Part shown: one piece after another, positions 30,901 through 43,341 of the stretch
How the letters are laid out: the number at the start of each line of letters is the position of its first letter
Numbering within the stretch: position 1 is the first letter of the stretch
DNA from: Strigamia acuminata
Taxonomy: Eukaryota
NCBI GenBank assembly: GCA_949358305.1
Contig: OX442314.1
Coordinates: forward strand, 27,094,001-27,158,000
DNA length: 64,000 bases
Direction: 5' to 3'
Made by a program: the position numbers and the translations under genes
The notes under the pieces: model-generated
What the model was told of the DNA's origin: nothing
The model's input: the letters and a program-made list of their open reading frames with translations, nothing else
The model's database searches: none

Positions 30901-32666
30901 GTACGGTACCGGCGGCCATGCGCCAGTTCGTCCTTGCGACGTAACGAAAAATCGATGGTTTTAGTAAAAAATCCATTGTTTTAGTAAAAAATCCATTGTT
31001 TTAGTAAAAAATTCATTGTTTTAGTAAAAAATCCATTGTTTTAGTAAAAAATCCATTGTTTTAGTAAAAAATCCATTGTTTTAGTAAAAAATCCATTGTT
31101 TTAGTAAAAAATCCATTGTTTTAGTAAAAAATCCATTGTTTTAGTAAAAAATCCATTGTTTTAGTAAAAAATCCACTGTTTTAGTAAAAAATCCATTGTT
31201 TTAGTAAAAAATCCATTGTTTTAGTAAAAAATCCATTGTTTTAGTAAAAAATCCATTGTTTTAGTAAAAAATCCATTGTTTTAATAAAAAAAAAATTAGT
31301 TTGAACCAAATAATAACATTTTTGACCCGAAAATTTTGTTTTTAGCCCAAAATTGAAGTTATTAGCAAAAAAAAAAGTTTTAAATTATCAGTCCTCGTAT
31401 TTTTTTATCGTTTTAAATGATAAAAAAGCAAAATACAAAAAAAATTAGAATGAAAAACATTTTTTTTTAACAGAAAAAAAAATAAAAAACACTTTCCGGG
31501 GTCAAAATTGACCCTAGGTTGGGGTGGGGAGGGTTAATAATTGTCTAAAATTATAAGCCTCCATGGTCAGCTGATTAACAATGGTAATTGCCCCAAATCT
31601 GTAGACTTTTTGAACCCTAGTAGTTCTGGATCGGTGATCCAGAACTATTTTCCTTGAGTTGTTGCTCAGCAACCAGTTGTTTACCATATCCCTACATACA
31701 GCCTTTTTACTCAAAATGTCTACTACCACAAAATCGATAAAATAGTAATTATAATCAGTTTTTTAATATAAATTTTCGTAAATTCGACGTTCAAAATTTC
31801 AGCTTTACTCATCTTTGACGGTTAAATTTTCAATATGATCACGTTTGATCATTTGTGTGATTATTCTTTTTGTTCTTTTTCTTCTAAAGGATGTTATCGA
31901 ATATAACATTTACCAATTGCAGCTGGATATGAATTATCTAACTGACTTTTCTATTTGTCTCTAGAGGTGAATTTAATCTATGAAAAGCATATTTTGTTTA
32001 CAATAATTTAGACACATAAGGCTCAGCGGGGCCCCGGGGCTGGATTTTGGTGTTTTTGTTTTTTGATGTCCGATAATATCCTACCAAAATGGGTGCAATT
32101 TTTAATCTTGTTTAAGGTGCTGAAATTTCGTGAGCCGGCATTGCGCATATTAAATTCGCGCAATGCAAAACCCTTTGTTTTGTTTGTGAAATCCGCACAG
32201 TATTGAGAATTCCATCTAATTTTTACCGCGCATTTTAAAATTTATAGTAATTAATCCTCGCGCGAAGCGAACCGCAGAGAAATTACCGTACGGAACAAGA
32301 AGAAAAATATGTCAGTATCTTATCAGCAAGGCCAAACTTCATATGGTTCATAAGGGAAAAGATTCAGCCAAAAATGATGTAATTTTGTAATGCTTCTTGT
32401 TGGCACCACAGTCTACTTGACAGTTATAAGTTAAATCTGATTTAGAAAAGTTGTACTTACGTATAAATGTCTCCATATTTCTCTTTGAGTTTGGTTAGTG
32501 CAAGATGCGGTTTGCTGCCAAGGAATGGCAAATATCCCAACACTGGTATTCCTTTAGGTCCAGGTGGCAAATTTTTCGGAGATTTCATGTATTTTAAAGT
32601 TATCCATAACACAATTGCGACGATTGCAAATACGAATGGATTTAGAGGAAGGTCATAAGGAATCAT
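27915..32666 (-). CDS. CYP unit 5, cytochrome P450 (CYP2 clan), 8 exons, 486 aa, apparently intact
   Basis: Exons 32461-32666, 30526-30659, 30302-30408, 29986-30239, 29770-29918, 29220-29475, 28148-28332, 27915-28084; heme motif [10 protein letters not shown]. Confidence 0.9.
30961..31280. repeat. 20-bp minisatellite (TTAGTAAAAAATCCATTGTT) x16
   Basis: Tandem array with two single-base variant units, in intron 1 of unit 5. Confidence 0.95.
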
Positions 32667-34921
32667 GTTTTTTCCCCCAGTATTTTTCACTGCAGAAATT
32701 GCGAAGTATAAAAATTGCTACAGTATGTACTGTAGATAATTTCGCTAGATTAAAGTTAAATAGAAATTGATATCAATTTAAATGTGATTAATACGGTATC
32801 CGAAAGGTGGCATTTACCTTCTTTAATGACACGGCATTTGATGATTTTAATAATCAGTAAATTTTCGTTTTTCGGTGATTTGACAATAGAAGTGAATAGT
32901 GGTTTCAGTATTTATTTTTATTTTGCGTACACAAATTAAATTAAAATTGGTGTTACATCATAAGTAGTTTTCTTATTTTAGACCAGGCATTGGTGAGTCT
33001 AGAGGGGTGTCCAGTTTTAAGGGAGACTTTTTTTTAGACACAAATGATCTATTGATACATTTAAAATGGGTTTGGACAGATTAGGTAAACTCATTTTATA
33101 TTTTGGTTGATGATCTTTGGGTGTTAACGCTTTATTGCACAAATACTTTGAAGAACAGGTGTTAAGGCAATTGCAAAATTATATTCCAAAGATACTGTCG
33201 TTTTGGAAGTGACTGAAAATTGTTGTAACAGAGTTGTAAAATAAAGAAACATTTGCATTCGGGCCAGTGCCTCTCCAATGCATTGCCGCTTACCTAATAT
33301 GATTAAAACACTGGTCAGTGAAAATTCAACTGAAGTTTGGAAGGAACATTTGTTTACCTATGGAAAAAGGAATCAACTCTTCCACGTGTTTGACTTTATA
33401 ATCCTCAGTAAGAAAGCGTTCTGGTTTGAAAAGTTTGGGTTGCGGAAACAACTTTGGATCGTTATGAACTGCATATGCATTGCCATATATGGTTGTCGTT
33501 TTTGGAATGAAATAACCAGCTAGGGTTGCATCGTCACATGAACTGTAAATTAATGCAGAATTACATAAAGTCTTTCTATGACGTTGTAAGCTAGTACTCA
33601 CGTGTGAGGAACAAGTAAAGGTGCAAGTGACACCATCCTGCTTATTTCCAGTAAGGTCGCTTCTGTATACGGCATTAACTTTTGGTCTGACATTGTTGGT
33701 TGTCTATTCTTTCCAATCACTTTCTTCAATTTCTGTTTGCAGTTTTGCTTGCACGTGAGGATACTTTATCATATACAAAAGAGCCCATTCCAAAGTCGTG
33801 CTTGTTGTTTCACTCCCAGCAATAAACAATTCGCTCAAAACCATTGCCAGTTTCTTTTCTAGGAATGATAAGAGATGAATAATTAGTCAGCGGTGTAAAA
33901 GAAAAAAGTAATTTATTAATAAAGCATGTAAATAATATTTATTATTAATCTTAGTTAAAAAAATACCAAATTTTATGGTTTGAAGAAGAATGATGAAAAA
34001 TTAAAGAAACAACTTAAAAATATGTTCACATGTGAGTTACCTATTTTCATGAAAATTCTTCAGAAAATTGAAATTCAAAATTTTTGTATTTATGTTTTAT
34101 GTGTGTGTAGCACAAAAATTTAAAATTAAACAGGAAGTAATGTCATAAGTTGTGAAGTGATGTCATGTAAATACAGATAAAATTTTAATTTTTGAGTGCT
34201 TAAATTTTAATGTAATTTTGCTTCAATTTCTATAAAACTTTGCATACAAATGTAATGCATAACTACACTTAAAATTGAAGTAAAATAGAGTCTAGTAAAA
34301 TTGTATTTTAGTTTGTATTTTTACCAATTTTAGTTTTATAGACAGGAAATTATGGTATTTTTGTTTTAAAATTGAACTAATGCTAGGTTCCCACGTGACT
34401 GAATTCAGTCAGCAGAAAAGTTTTTGTACAGAAAAGTTTCCTAGCAGAATATTCATATTTTCTGCTGTTGGTTACCATCTGGAAAAAAAGTGGGCAGACA
34501 AATGCAGTGATCATATGCGGCTTAAATGCATCTTCGAAAATCGTTTGCAATTTACACAAGCAAACACCGTTTCTTTAAACAATTAATTGTTAGATTGGCT
34601 GCCATTTTGTTTGAAATTGTTTTGTCCTAACCACTGGTCAAGATGATGTCACTGGGCAGAAAGTGATCTAATTGGCTCATGGGGTTTTATGCAGCAGAAA
34701 AAATAGGAATACCATAAGAGTCTATTTTTTCTGCTCCCTATTTTCTCCCCAAGTAAGAGGAAATGAAGTCATAGCAGAAAATATACTGGGCAGAAAACAC
34801 CAGGCTGAAGTTGGCACCACATTCACATTCGCCCAAATTATAGATAGAACAACTTCAAACTGGAAAATCTCACCTGACGACGGATTCTTTTTTTCCAAAA
34901 ACCAAACGATAGAGGACTTTC

Positions 34922-35338
34922 TATACTCTTTACACATTCAAGAGGAGCCCTGGAAGCTTGGCTCCCATTGGCCGAGCCATTTCACTTGTGTATTGATACA
35001 GAAAAAAGAACCAAAACACCAGACATACATTATACAAATGTACAGATATAAATAGAAGTACAGACATTGCAATCGATTTCCTATTGTTTGGAAATTGCAT
35101 TTTAATTAAAAACAACATAAAACTTTATTTCAAAAATAGGAAAAATATTTTATTTCTATTATTATTATAATAATAATTATTATTATTATTATTATTTATA
35201 TTATTCTGGAAAAGACTAAAAATCATAGGGAACTACTTTTCCTCGTAGCAGTAGTTCAACTGCAGGTAAGACTGCAGGTAAGACTAGGCCAATGGGAGCC
35301 AAGCTTCCAGGGCTCCTCTTAAATGTGGAAAGAGTATA
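34922..35338. mobile_element. MITE with inverted repeats of about 50 bp
   Basis: TATACTCTTT...AAGAGGAGCCCTGGAAGCTTGGCTCCCATTGGCC inverted at 35287-35338. Internal sequence is related to about 40490-40760. Confidence 0.65.
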
Positions 35339-36651
35339 CTCTACAAACCCAGAAAAGGACAACACTGCAGCCCTCTTAGTTTTCGAGCGGCGATTTTAAC
35401 AAATAATCCGTAGCAATTATGGAATACTTACACAATACAACACTGACAAATGACAGTTAGTCAATTCTTTGAATGAATAGTTTAATTTATTAATAGTCTG
35501 CATATGTTTACCATTATAATTGGCTGGATTTGTATTTGGTTTCTCAGCTTCAGTTCGCCAAACATCAATAAAACTTTGTTGGTTGTTTATGCCTTTATGA
35601 TTTTTGTCGTATTTTTGAACTTCATCTAGGATCTTTCTGTACAGCAAGGTTCCTTTATCTCTGTACAAATAAATTTTTTAAAAAAATCTTTAAAATGCAC
35701 TTAAGTTTAAAGGCTTTTGGCACTGACGCTGGTTTTGCGATTCCAAGAGCATTGACCATCCATTCTGGCAGAAATTGCGACCATTGATCTATTCCTAACG
35801 AATTTATATATTCGTCGGATAACTTTAAGAGTTGTTGAAAATCTTTATTCTCGTAGTCCATTCTTTCTCCATACATGATGGTGCAAATTACATTAGTAAT
35901 ACTTTTCCTAAGCATTTCTCGGAAGTAAGATGGTTTTCCGTCCAAGTTTTTTATATGATTAATTAAAAATTGTATTTCATCCTAACAAAATCAAAGAACT
36001 GTTGCAATTAATAAGATAATCAACTTGACTTTTGGTATTGCATTAGTATACTTGAATTTTTGGTTCCAAACTTGCTTTACCCATTCCAAAGTTTCGAAGA
36101 GCAGTTAATGAGAACCGTCGTAATTCGTATCGAGGAGGACCATCACTTGCGAAAATACCTATAAAATTTAAATCACGAGTAAAAATCATATTAAAAGATT
36201 AAATATAGTAGTCGCATTCGAAAGTTTGCTGATATTTATGTTGCTCTTATTTATTCACTTCAAGTACTGGGTTGGCCAAACGTCACAAACTGGCCTAAAG
36301 TCTTAATAACTTTTTTCATTAAATTTTTTAAAATTTTTTTTAAGCTGTTTTGTAACGAACACTTACAAGTTAGGATATGGATTAGGAAAAATTCATGACC
36401 AAACAGCGAACACAAATTGGGAATCTTAACTATCAAAAGCCAGAATCAATTCTGACCCAACGAGCATATCTTTGCCATTATGGCATGAAAAATTCTCCAA
36501 GTGTGAGAGTGGACAGACGCCATTAGGGCACAGGAATGCCTAAACAGCGCCGGACACATGACACGTTAGATAGAAGTGGACACAAGAGACTTTATCAATG
36601 GTTTATATTCTTTATTCAGTGTATAGAGGTCAGAATCTCATGCCTCTCCTA

Positions 36652-37181
36652 CACTAGGAGAAATATAGGTGTTAAAAGGTGTAAAGTTACACTTTTATAG
36701 GTGTAAAACACTTGTCCCTATACAGACTCCTTTTTTGAGTAAACTTACACCATTGAGGTGTAATGAACATAAGGTGTAAATATTACACCTTCATGCATTT
36801 ACACCTTGTGGGTGTCATGGTACACCATTAGGTGTAAACTTACTCTTTGAAACCATTTTCAAAAAAGGTGTAATTGGATTCCATCATGTAGTAATATTAC
36901 ACCTTTGAGGTGTTGATTAACAGGTGTAAAAGAACTCTATTATGGAGTATAATCACACCGTTGAGGTGTTAGAAAACAAATGTAAATTTGCCCCACTATG
37001 GAGTAGAATCACACCCATATCAGTTCACACCTCTCAGTTACACTTTGCAACAACTAAATGCACCTCCATTTTCGTTCACACGTCTCTGTTACTCTCTTTA
37101 ACACCTTTTTAGGTGTTAAAAAACATTAAAAGGTGTATTTGATGCTTTTACACCTTTTTACACCTATTATTTCTCCCAGTG
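36652..37181. mobile_element. CAC-ended MITE rich in TACACC/GGTGTA repeats
   Basis: TIR CACT.GGAGAAATA..AGGTGT, flanked by TA. Confidence 0.7.
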
Positions 37182-40100
37182 TATTGCTACACTGCATTGC
37201 TGCAGCATACCTGCAGCATACCTGTGCCCACATGCGGCACGTGTGGTTAGGGTTAACCGGTTCATTCGGCCCGTTTTAACGCCTGTTAGTTATCGGCCCA
37301 AAATTTCATATGCACCCGGTTCGTATTAACGCCGGGTATCAAATTGGCATAACGTCCAGTCCAGATAACGTGCCTTAGACTTTCGGTCGGTCGGTCAGAT
37401 ATAAGACGCCTTCATTGTTCAATTGCTTCATTTTCTTTGGTAAAGCAGCGTTACGGCTCCAAAATCATTAATTTTTCCGATAAATTATTATCATTATTAT
37501 TTTTTTAAATTAATTTTAAACTTTTTTCTGGATATTCGCCGGGTCCGTATAAACGCTCGGTTTCAAATTAACGCCGGGAGTGGCGGCCCAAAAAAAACAT
37601 TAAACGCCCGGGCTATTAAACGAGGCGGTACGGTATGTGCATTCGATTTATTTGAATACCGGTATCTCCCTTTAGTCACCTGTTTTGGGCTATTTCCCTT
37701 TGGAAATTAAGACTGGCCTGAAACATGTGACCAGAGGTTTCCTAATTTACTGAATTATCAAAATTGATCAGAATAACTTTTTCCTTTGAAACAGTAGTTA
37801 CTCTTGTCTCAATTGAGAGAAGAACGAATTTATGGTACGTCGTAATGTACATACAAGGCACGAAAACAGCCCGAAAAGAAAAAAATTAATTAATTAATTA
37901 ATTGAAAAAAGTTATTAAAACTTCAGATTGGTGTGTGACTTTTGGCCTACACTGTACATACGAATTGATATATTTCAGTGCATATTCATTTCGATTTAAT
38001 ACATACAAGTACCTTCTTGTGAGTCAAATGTCACGAGAACACAAAAGTTGTGAGGTCTTTCCGTATAGTTGTCACTTTGTTGAAACACTTCTTTGATTAG
38101 TTTAAACGATGACAAAACTACAACACGTTCACTTGCAATATGGATTCTGTAAACAGGTAATTAGTAAAACCAAAACAAATATAAAAAAGAATAACCAGGC
38201 AGCTGATTTTTTAAATTCCTCATGTCACTATCAACTATTTGATTTAAAGTCAGAAAATAGATATATTTTACAGTTACCGCTAGTAGCACCATGTGTTTGG
38301 CAAGCTGATTTCCATCATATTTGGTGCCAAAGCAGTCAGTTTGATATTAGTACCCCAGACGATTAAACTGCTGTGCGGAGCCGCGTGCTATAACCCCCTG
38401 TGTACGCAGTACCATCTATCATTTCATGGTAGGCGAACTCTCTGACGGCAACTGTGTGATTGCGACGGGAAGAAATAACTATTACTCCGTACTTTACAGC
38501 AACCATTTTCAGAAGTAGGCTTAACTTGAATACCAGTTAAACAATCATAATGTTTTGATTAGTACAACAAAAGAACAATACTATATTGACACACATGCTG
38601 TAACTAAATAAGCACTCTTCAAATGACATAAATCCAACACGAAAATATTGTGAGAAACAAATATTATATACGGAGTTTAATATTATAAATGATAAAATGC
38701 AAATGTCACAGCTGGACTTTGGTATTTTTGTTGTTTGGTGTCTGATAATATCCTACAAAATGGGAGCAATGTCTTGAGCCGACACTGCGCAAATTAAATT
38801 CGGGCAACGAAAAACCCTTGGTTATTGCTTGCAAAATTCGCACAGTATTAAGAATTCCATCTAATTTTTACCGCAGATTTTAAAATTTAGTAATAAATCC
38901 TCGTGCAAAGCAAACCGCAGAGAAATCACCGTACAGAAGAAGAAGAAAAAACGACAGTATCTTATCAGCAAGGCCAAACTATAAGTTAAATCTGGTTTAG
39001 AAAGGTTGTATGCTTACGTATAAATGTCTCCATATTTCTCTTTGAGTTTGGTTAGTGCAAGATGCGGTTTGCTACCAAGGAATGGCAAATATCCCAAGAC
39101 TGGTATTCCTTTAGGTCCAGGTGGCAAGTTTTTCGGAGATTTCATGTATTTTAAAGTTAGCCAGAATACAATTGCGGCAATTGCAAATACGAATGCATTT
39201 AGAGGAAAGTCATAAGGAATCATGTTTTTTTCCCCAGTATTTTTCACTGCAGGAATTGCGAAGTATAAAAATTGTTACAGTATGTACTGGAGATAATTTG
39301 GCGAGATTAAAGTTAAATAGAAATTGATATCAATTTAAATCTGCTAAATACGGTATCCGAGAGGTGACATAAACCTTCTTTTATGACATGGCATTCGAAG
39401 ATTTTGATATTTGGTAAATATACGTTTCTCCGTGATTTAACAATAAAAGTGAATGATGGTTTCAGGATGCATGCGATTAGTATTTATTTTTATTTTGTGT
39501 CTACAAATTAAATTAAAATTGGTGTTACATCATAAGTAGTTTTCTTTTTTTTTGAGAGAGAGAGTCTAGAGGGGTGTCCAGTTTGAAGGGAGACTTTTTT
39601 TTTTAGACACAAATGATCTATTGATAAATTTATAATGGGTTAGGACGGATTAGGTAAAATCATTTTATTTTTTGGTTTATGATCTTTTGGTGTTAGCGTT
39701 GTGTTGCACAAATACTTTGAAGAACAGGTGTTAAGGCAAATGCAAAATTATATTCCAACAATACTGTCGTTTTGGAAGTGAATGTAAATTGTTGTAACAG
39801 AGTTGTTAAATAAAGAAACATTTGCATTCGGGCAAGTGCCTCTCCAATGCATTGCCGCTTACCTAATATAAATAAAAACACTGGTTAGTGGAAATTCAAC
39901 TGAAGTTTGGAAGGAACATTTGTTTACCTATGGAAAAAGGAATCAACTCTTCCACGTGTTTGACTTTATAATCCTCAGTAAGAAAGCGTTCTGGTTTGAA
40001 AAGTTTGGGTTGCGGAAACAACTTTGGATCGTTATGAACTGCATATGCATTGCCATATATGGTTGTCGTTTTTGGAATGAAATAACCAGCTAGGGTTGCA

Positions 40101-40849
40101 TCGTCACATGAACTGTAAATTAATGCAGAATTACATAAAGTCTTTCTATGACGTTGTAAGCTAGTACTCACGTGTGAGGAACAAGTAAAGGTGCAAGTGA
40201 CACCATCCTGCTTATTTCCAGTAAGGTCGCTTCTGTATACGGCATTAACTTTTGGTCTGACATCGTTGGTTGTCTATTCTTTCCAATCACTTTCTTCAAT
40301 TTCTGTTTGCAGTTTTGCTTGCACGTGAGGATACTTTATCATATACAAAAGAGCCCATTCCAAAGTCGTGCTTGTTGTTTCACTCCCGGCAATAAACAAT
40401 TCGCTCAAAACCATTGCCAGTTTCTTTTCTAGGAATGATAAGAGATGAATAATTAATAATTAAACCCATTTCAAGGTTGGCCTAACTTCCATTGGCCGAT
40501 CCATTTCACTTGTGTAGTGACACATAAAAGTAGATCAAAACTCTAGAATTGCATTAGATGTACAGACATTGTAATCGATTACCTATTGTTAGGACATTGT
40601 TTGCTTTTCTGACAAAGCAACCAATAAACTAAACAAAATATATGTTGAAATGAAAAACACATTTTATTGAAAAATAGAAACAAAATTATACCATTTTAAT
40701 AATTAGAAGACTAGAGACAATAAAAAAAGCACTAAACTTTTTTTTCTTGCAGTAGTGCACAGTCTCAGTCTCAGGCTTGGCAAGGCTTGGCCAACCTTGA
40801 AGTGGGTTTGAGTAAAGTTCCATAACTCTTTGTTGTGAACCCGCTTATA

Positions 40850-41566
40850 CAGGGTGAGTCAAAAGTCTGGAAACACCTTTTTTACTTGAAAATGACCTAA
40901 GATATATCAATTCTATTGATGTAGGTATATAGGAAGTCGATAGTGGCCTATCCAGTGGTCATTCATTTCCTAACTTTTAAACCGTTTAAGATACAGCAAA
41001 GTTTCCAATTACAAAGTTGTAGAGCACCATCAAATTAGTAATATCCTACTTATCTTAGTCATCTTAAGTTAAATGTTTTCATTTTAAAATGAAAACAAAT
41101 CAGCTGAAGTAAAGCCAGCCATTGTGGAAAAAATTAAATTTCTACTGCAAAAATACTGAATTTCTTTAATAAATGTCTTCAAATTTTCATTATTATGCAA
41201 GTGAACAAGAAAAACCACTGTGTTTTTTAATACCTAAATTATTTTATTTCATAGGAATAAAAAATTTCAATTTGCTGATTTGTTTTCCTTTTTTTAAAAA
41301 AAATCATCTAACCTAAGATGACTAAGATAAGTTGAGTAGTAGTAATTTGATGGTGCTTTACAACTTTGTAATTGGAAATTTTGCTGTATCTTAATCGGTT
41401 TAAAAGTTAGAAAGTGAATGACCTTGAAGATGACCATTCGGCTTATATTTAAGGTCACCACTGAGTAGCCCACCATCAACTTTCTGTATGATTACATCAA
41501 TAGAATTGATAAATCTTCAGTTATTTTCAAGAAAAAAAGGTGTTTCCAGACTTTTGACTCACCCTG
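40850..41566. mobile_element. Tc1/mariner-type MITE with long TIRs
   Basis: TA|CAGGGTGAGTCAAAAGTCTGGAAACACCTTTTTT ... inverse|TA; imperfect IR extends roughly 200 bp. Confidence 0.85.
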
Positions 41567-41597
41567 TATAAAACATTATACCTTGTTCTAACAATAA

Positions 41598-42377
41598 GGG
41601 GTTTCATTGAATGAGCGATGATTGTGATTAGTTGATTATTGCAATAATCGTAATCACTCAATTATTGAGGGCCCAACAAAAATCTGAGTATGTGATTATT
41701 GCTCCGATGGGCGGAATTGTTTAAATTGTAACCTAAATACGTTGCAATTGTTTAAAAAAAGTTCCTACAAATAATCATTGCAACTACCTTTCTACATGAA
41801 ACGGTAGTTTCTAACTACCGTTTCATGTGTTCAGTTTAACCTAAACTGAGCAGACTTTGTTTATTATGACCTTGTGTAGTTCAAGCGGGTCTGACGCCGC
41901 CATGTTGGTTTCAGTTGAGAGAGAACTTATAATCGGCCCAAGTCAGCAGAAAATCATGGTTTGGGGTGATTACTTGATTAGTTGCTTAGTTGCTTACCGG
42001 TATTTGTGGAAATGATTATTCTCGGTATTGGTTGAATCCACGTGTCATCTAGCGCGACAAAATCTTACCGCGACGCGATCTACAGCGACTTTTGAAACTG
42101 CGACTACATTTTTCTTTGTCTAATTGCTAAGGGCTAACAAGGGGGGGGGCGCAGTCCCCCCCCTTGACCCCCCGCAAACCTAACCTTACTGGTTTTTTTT
42201 ATATAAAAACCATTTTTTAGGGACGGATTGTCGCGGTAGATCGTGTCACGGTAGATTGTGTAGCGCTAGATGTGGGGCCTCGATACATCAAGTAATCGAC
42301 TAATCAAAGTAATCAAAGTAATCAAAGTAATCAAAGTAATCAAAGTAATCAAGTAATCGCTCATTTAATGAAACCCC
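41598..42377. mobile_element. PIF/Harbinger-like MITE containing a 9-bp tandem (TAATCAAAG, 42301-42350); related copy begins at about 51654
   Basis: TIR GGGGTTTCATT.AATGAGCGAT, flanked by TAA/TTA. Confidence 0.65.
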
Positions 42378-43341
42378 TTAATGTAAGGTTGTTAGTACTT
42401 TCTCCTCTGACAACCATCACATAATAAAATCAACAGTTATTTTAACTTCAAAACTTGCTTTGTCACTTCTCGGGCCTGAGTTCCTTTTGGGACTCGGGCC
42501 TAATCCAACAGTGAACTTTATTAGTATTGTCAAGACATATTAAATACTTAAACAATACAACACTGACAAATGACAGTTAGTCGATTCTTTGAATGAATAG
42601 TTTAATTTATAAATGCATGAGTGTTTACCATTAAAATTGGCTGGATTTGTATTCGGTTTCTCAGCTTCAGTTCTCCAAACATCAATAAAACTTTGTTGGT
42701 TGTTTATGCCTTTGTGAATTTTGTCGTATTTTTGAACTTCATCTAGGATCTTTCTGTACAGCAAATTTCCTTTAACTCTGCACAAATAAATGAAAATGTC
42801 TTTAAAGTGCACTTAAGTTTAATGGCGTTTGGTACTGACGTCGGTTTTGTGATTCTAAGAACTTTGACTATCCATTCTGGCAGAAATTCCGACCATTGGT
42901 CTATTCCTAACGAAGCTACATAATCGTTGGATAACTGCATGAGTTGTTGAAAGTCTTGATCCTCGTAGTCCATTCTTTCTCCATACATGATTGTGCAAAT
43001 TATATTAGTAATGCTTGTTCTAAGCATTTTACGGAAGTAAGATGGTTTTCCATCCAAGGTTTTAATATTGTTAATTAAAAATTGTATTTCATCCTAATAA
43101 AATTGCAATTAATAAGATAATCAACTTGGCTTTAGTATTGCATTAGTATACATGAATTTTTGGTTCCAAACTTGCTTTACCCATTCCAAAGTTTCGAAGA
43201 GCAGTTAATGAGAACTGTCGTAATTCGTTTCGAGGAGCACCACCACTTCCAATAATACCTAGAAAAAAATTTAAATCACCAGTAAAAATCATATTAAAAG
43301 ATTATTAATATAGTGAGTTTAAACATCACTTGGAACGAGTG

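Larger units (their letters stand above)
33124..39223 (-). pseudogene. CYP unit 6: all 8 exons present, +1 frameshift in exon 6
   Basis: Exon 6 (33602-33858) is 257 nt versus 256 nt in the intact copies. The extra base near 33721 gives ATT GAA GAA AGT GAT TGG AAA GAA TAG, a stop before ExxR and the heme Cys. Confidence 0.85.

Noticed and set aside
15139..31280. Tandem arrays or hairpin arrays as CRISPR-like loci
   Set aside because: The minisatellites have no unique spacers, the hairpin arrays lack constant repeats, there are no cas genes and the context is eukaryotic.
33704..33730. Programmed frameshift rescuing CYP units 6 and 7
   Set aside because: No canonical slippery heptamer or stimulatory structure is evident, and unit 7 has further lesions; pseudogenisation is simpler.
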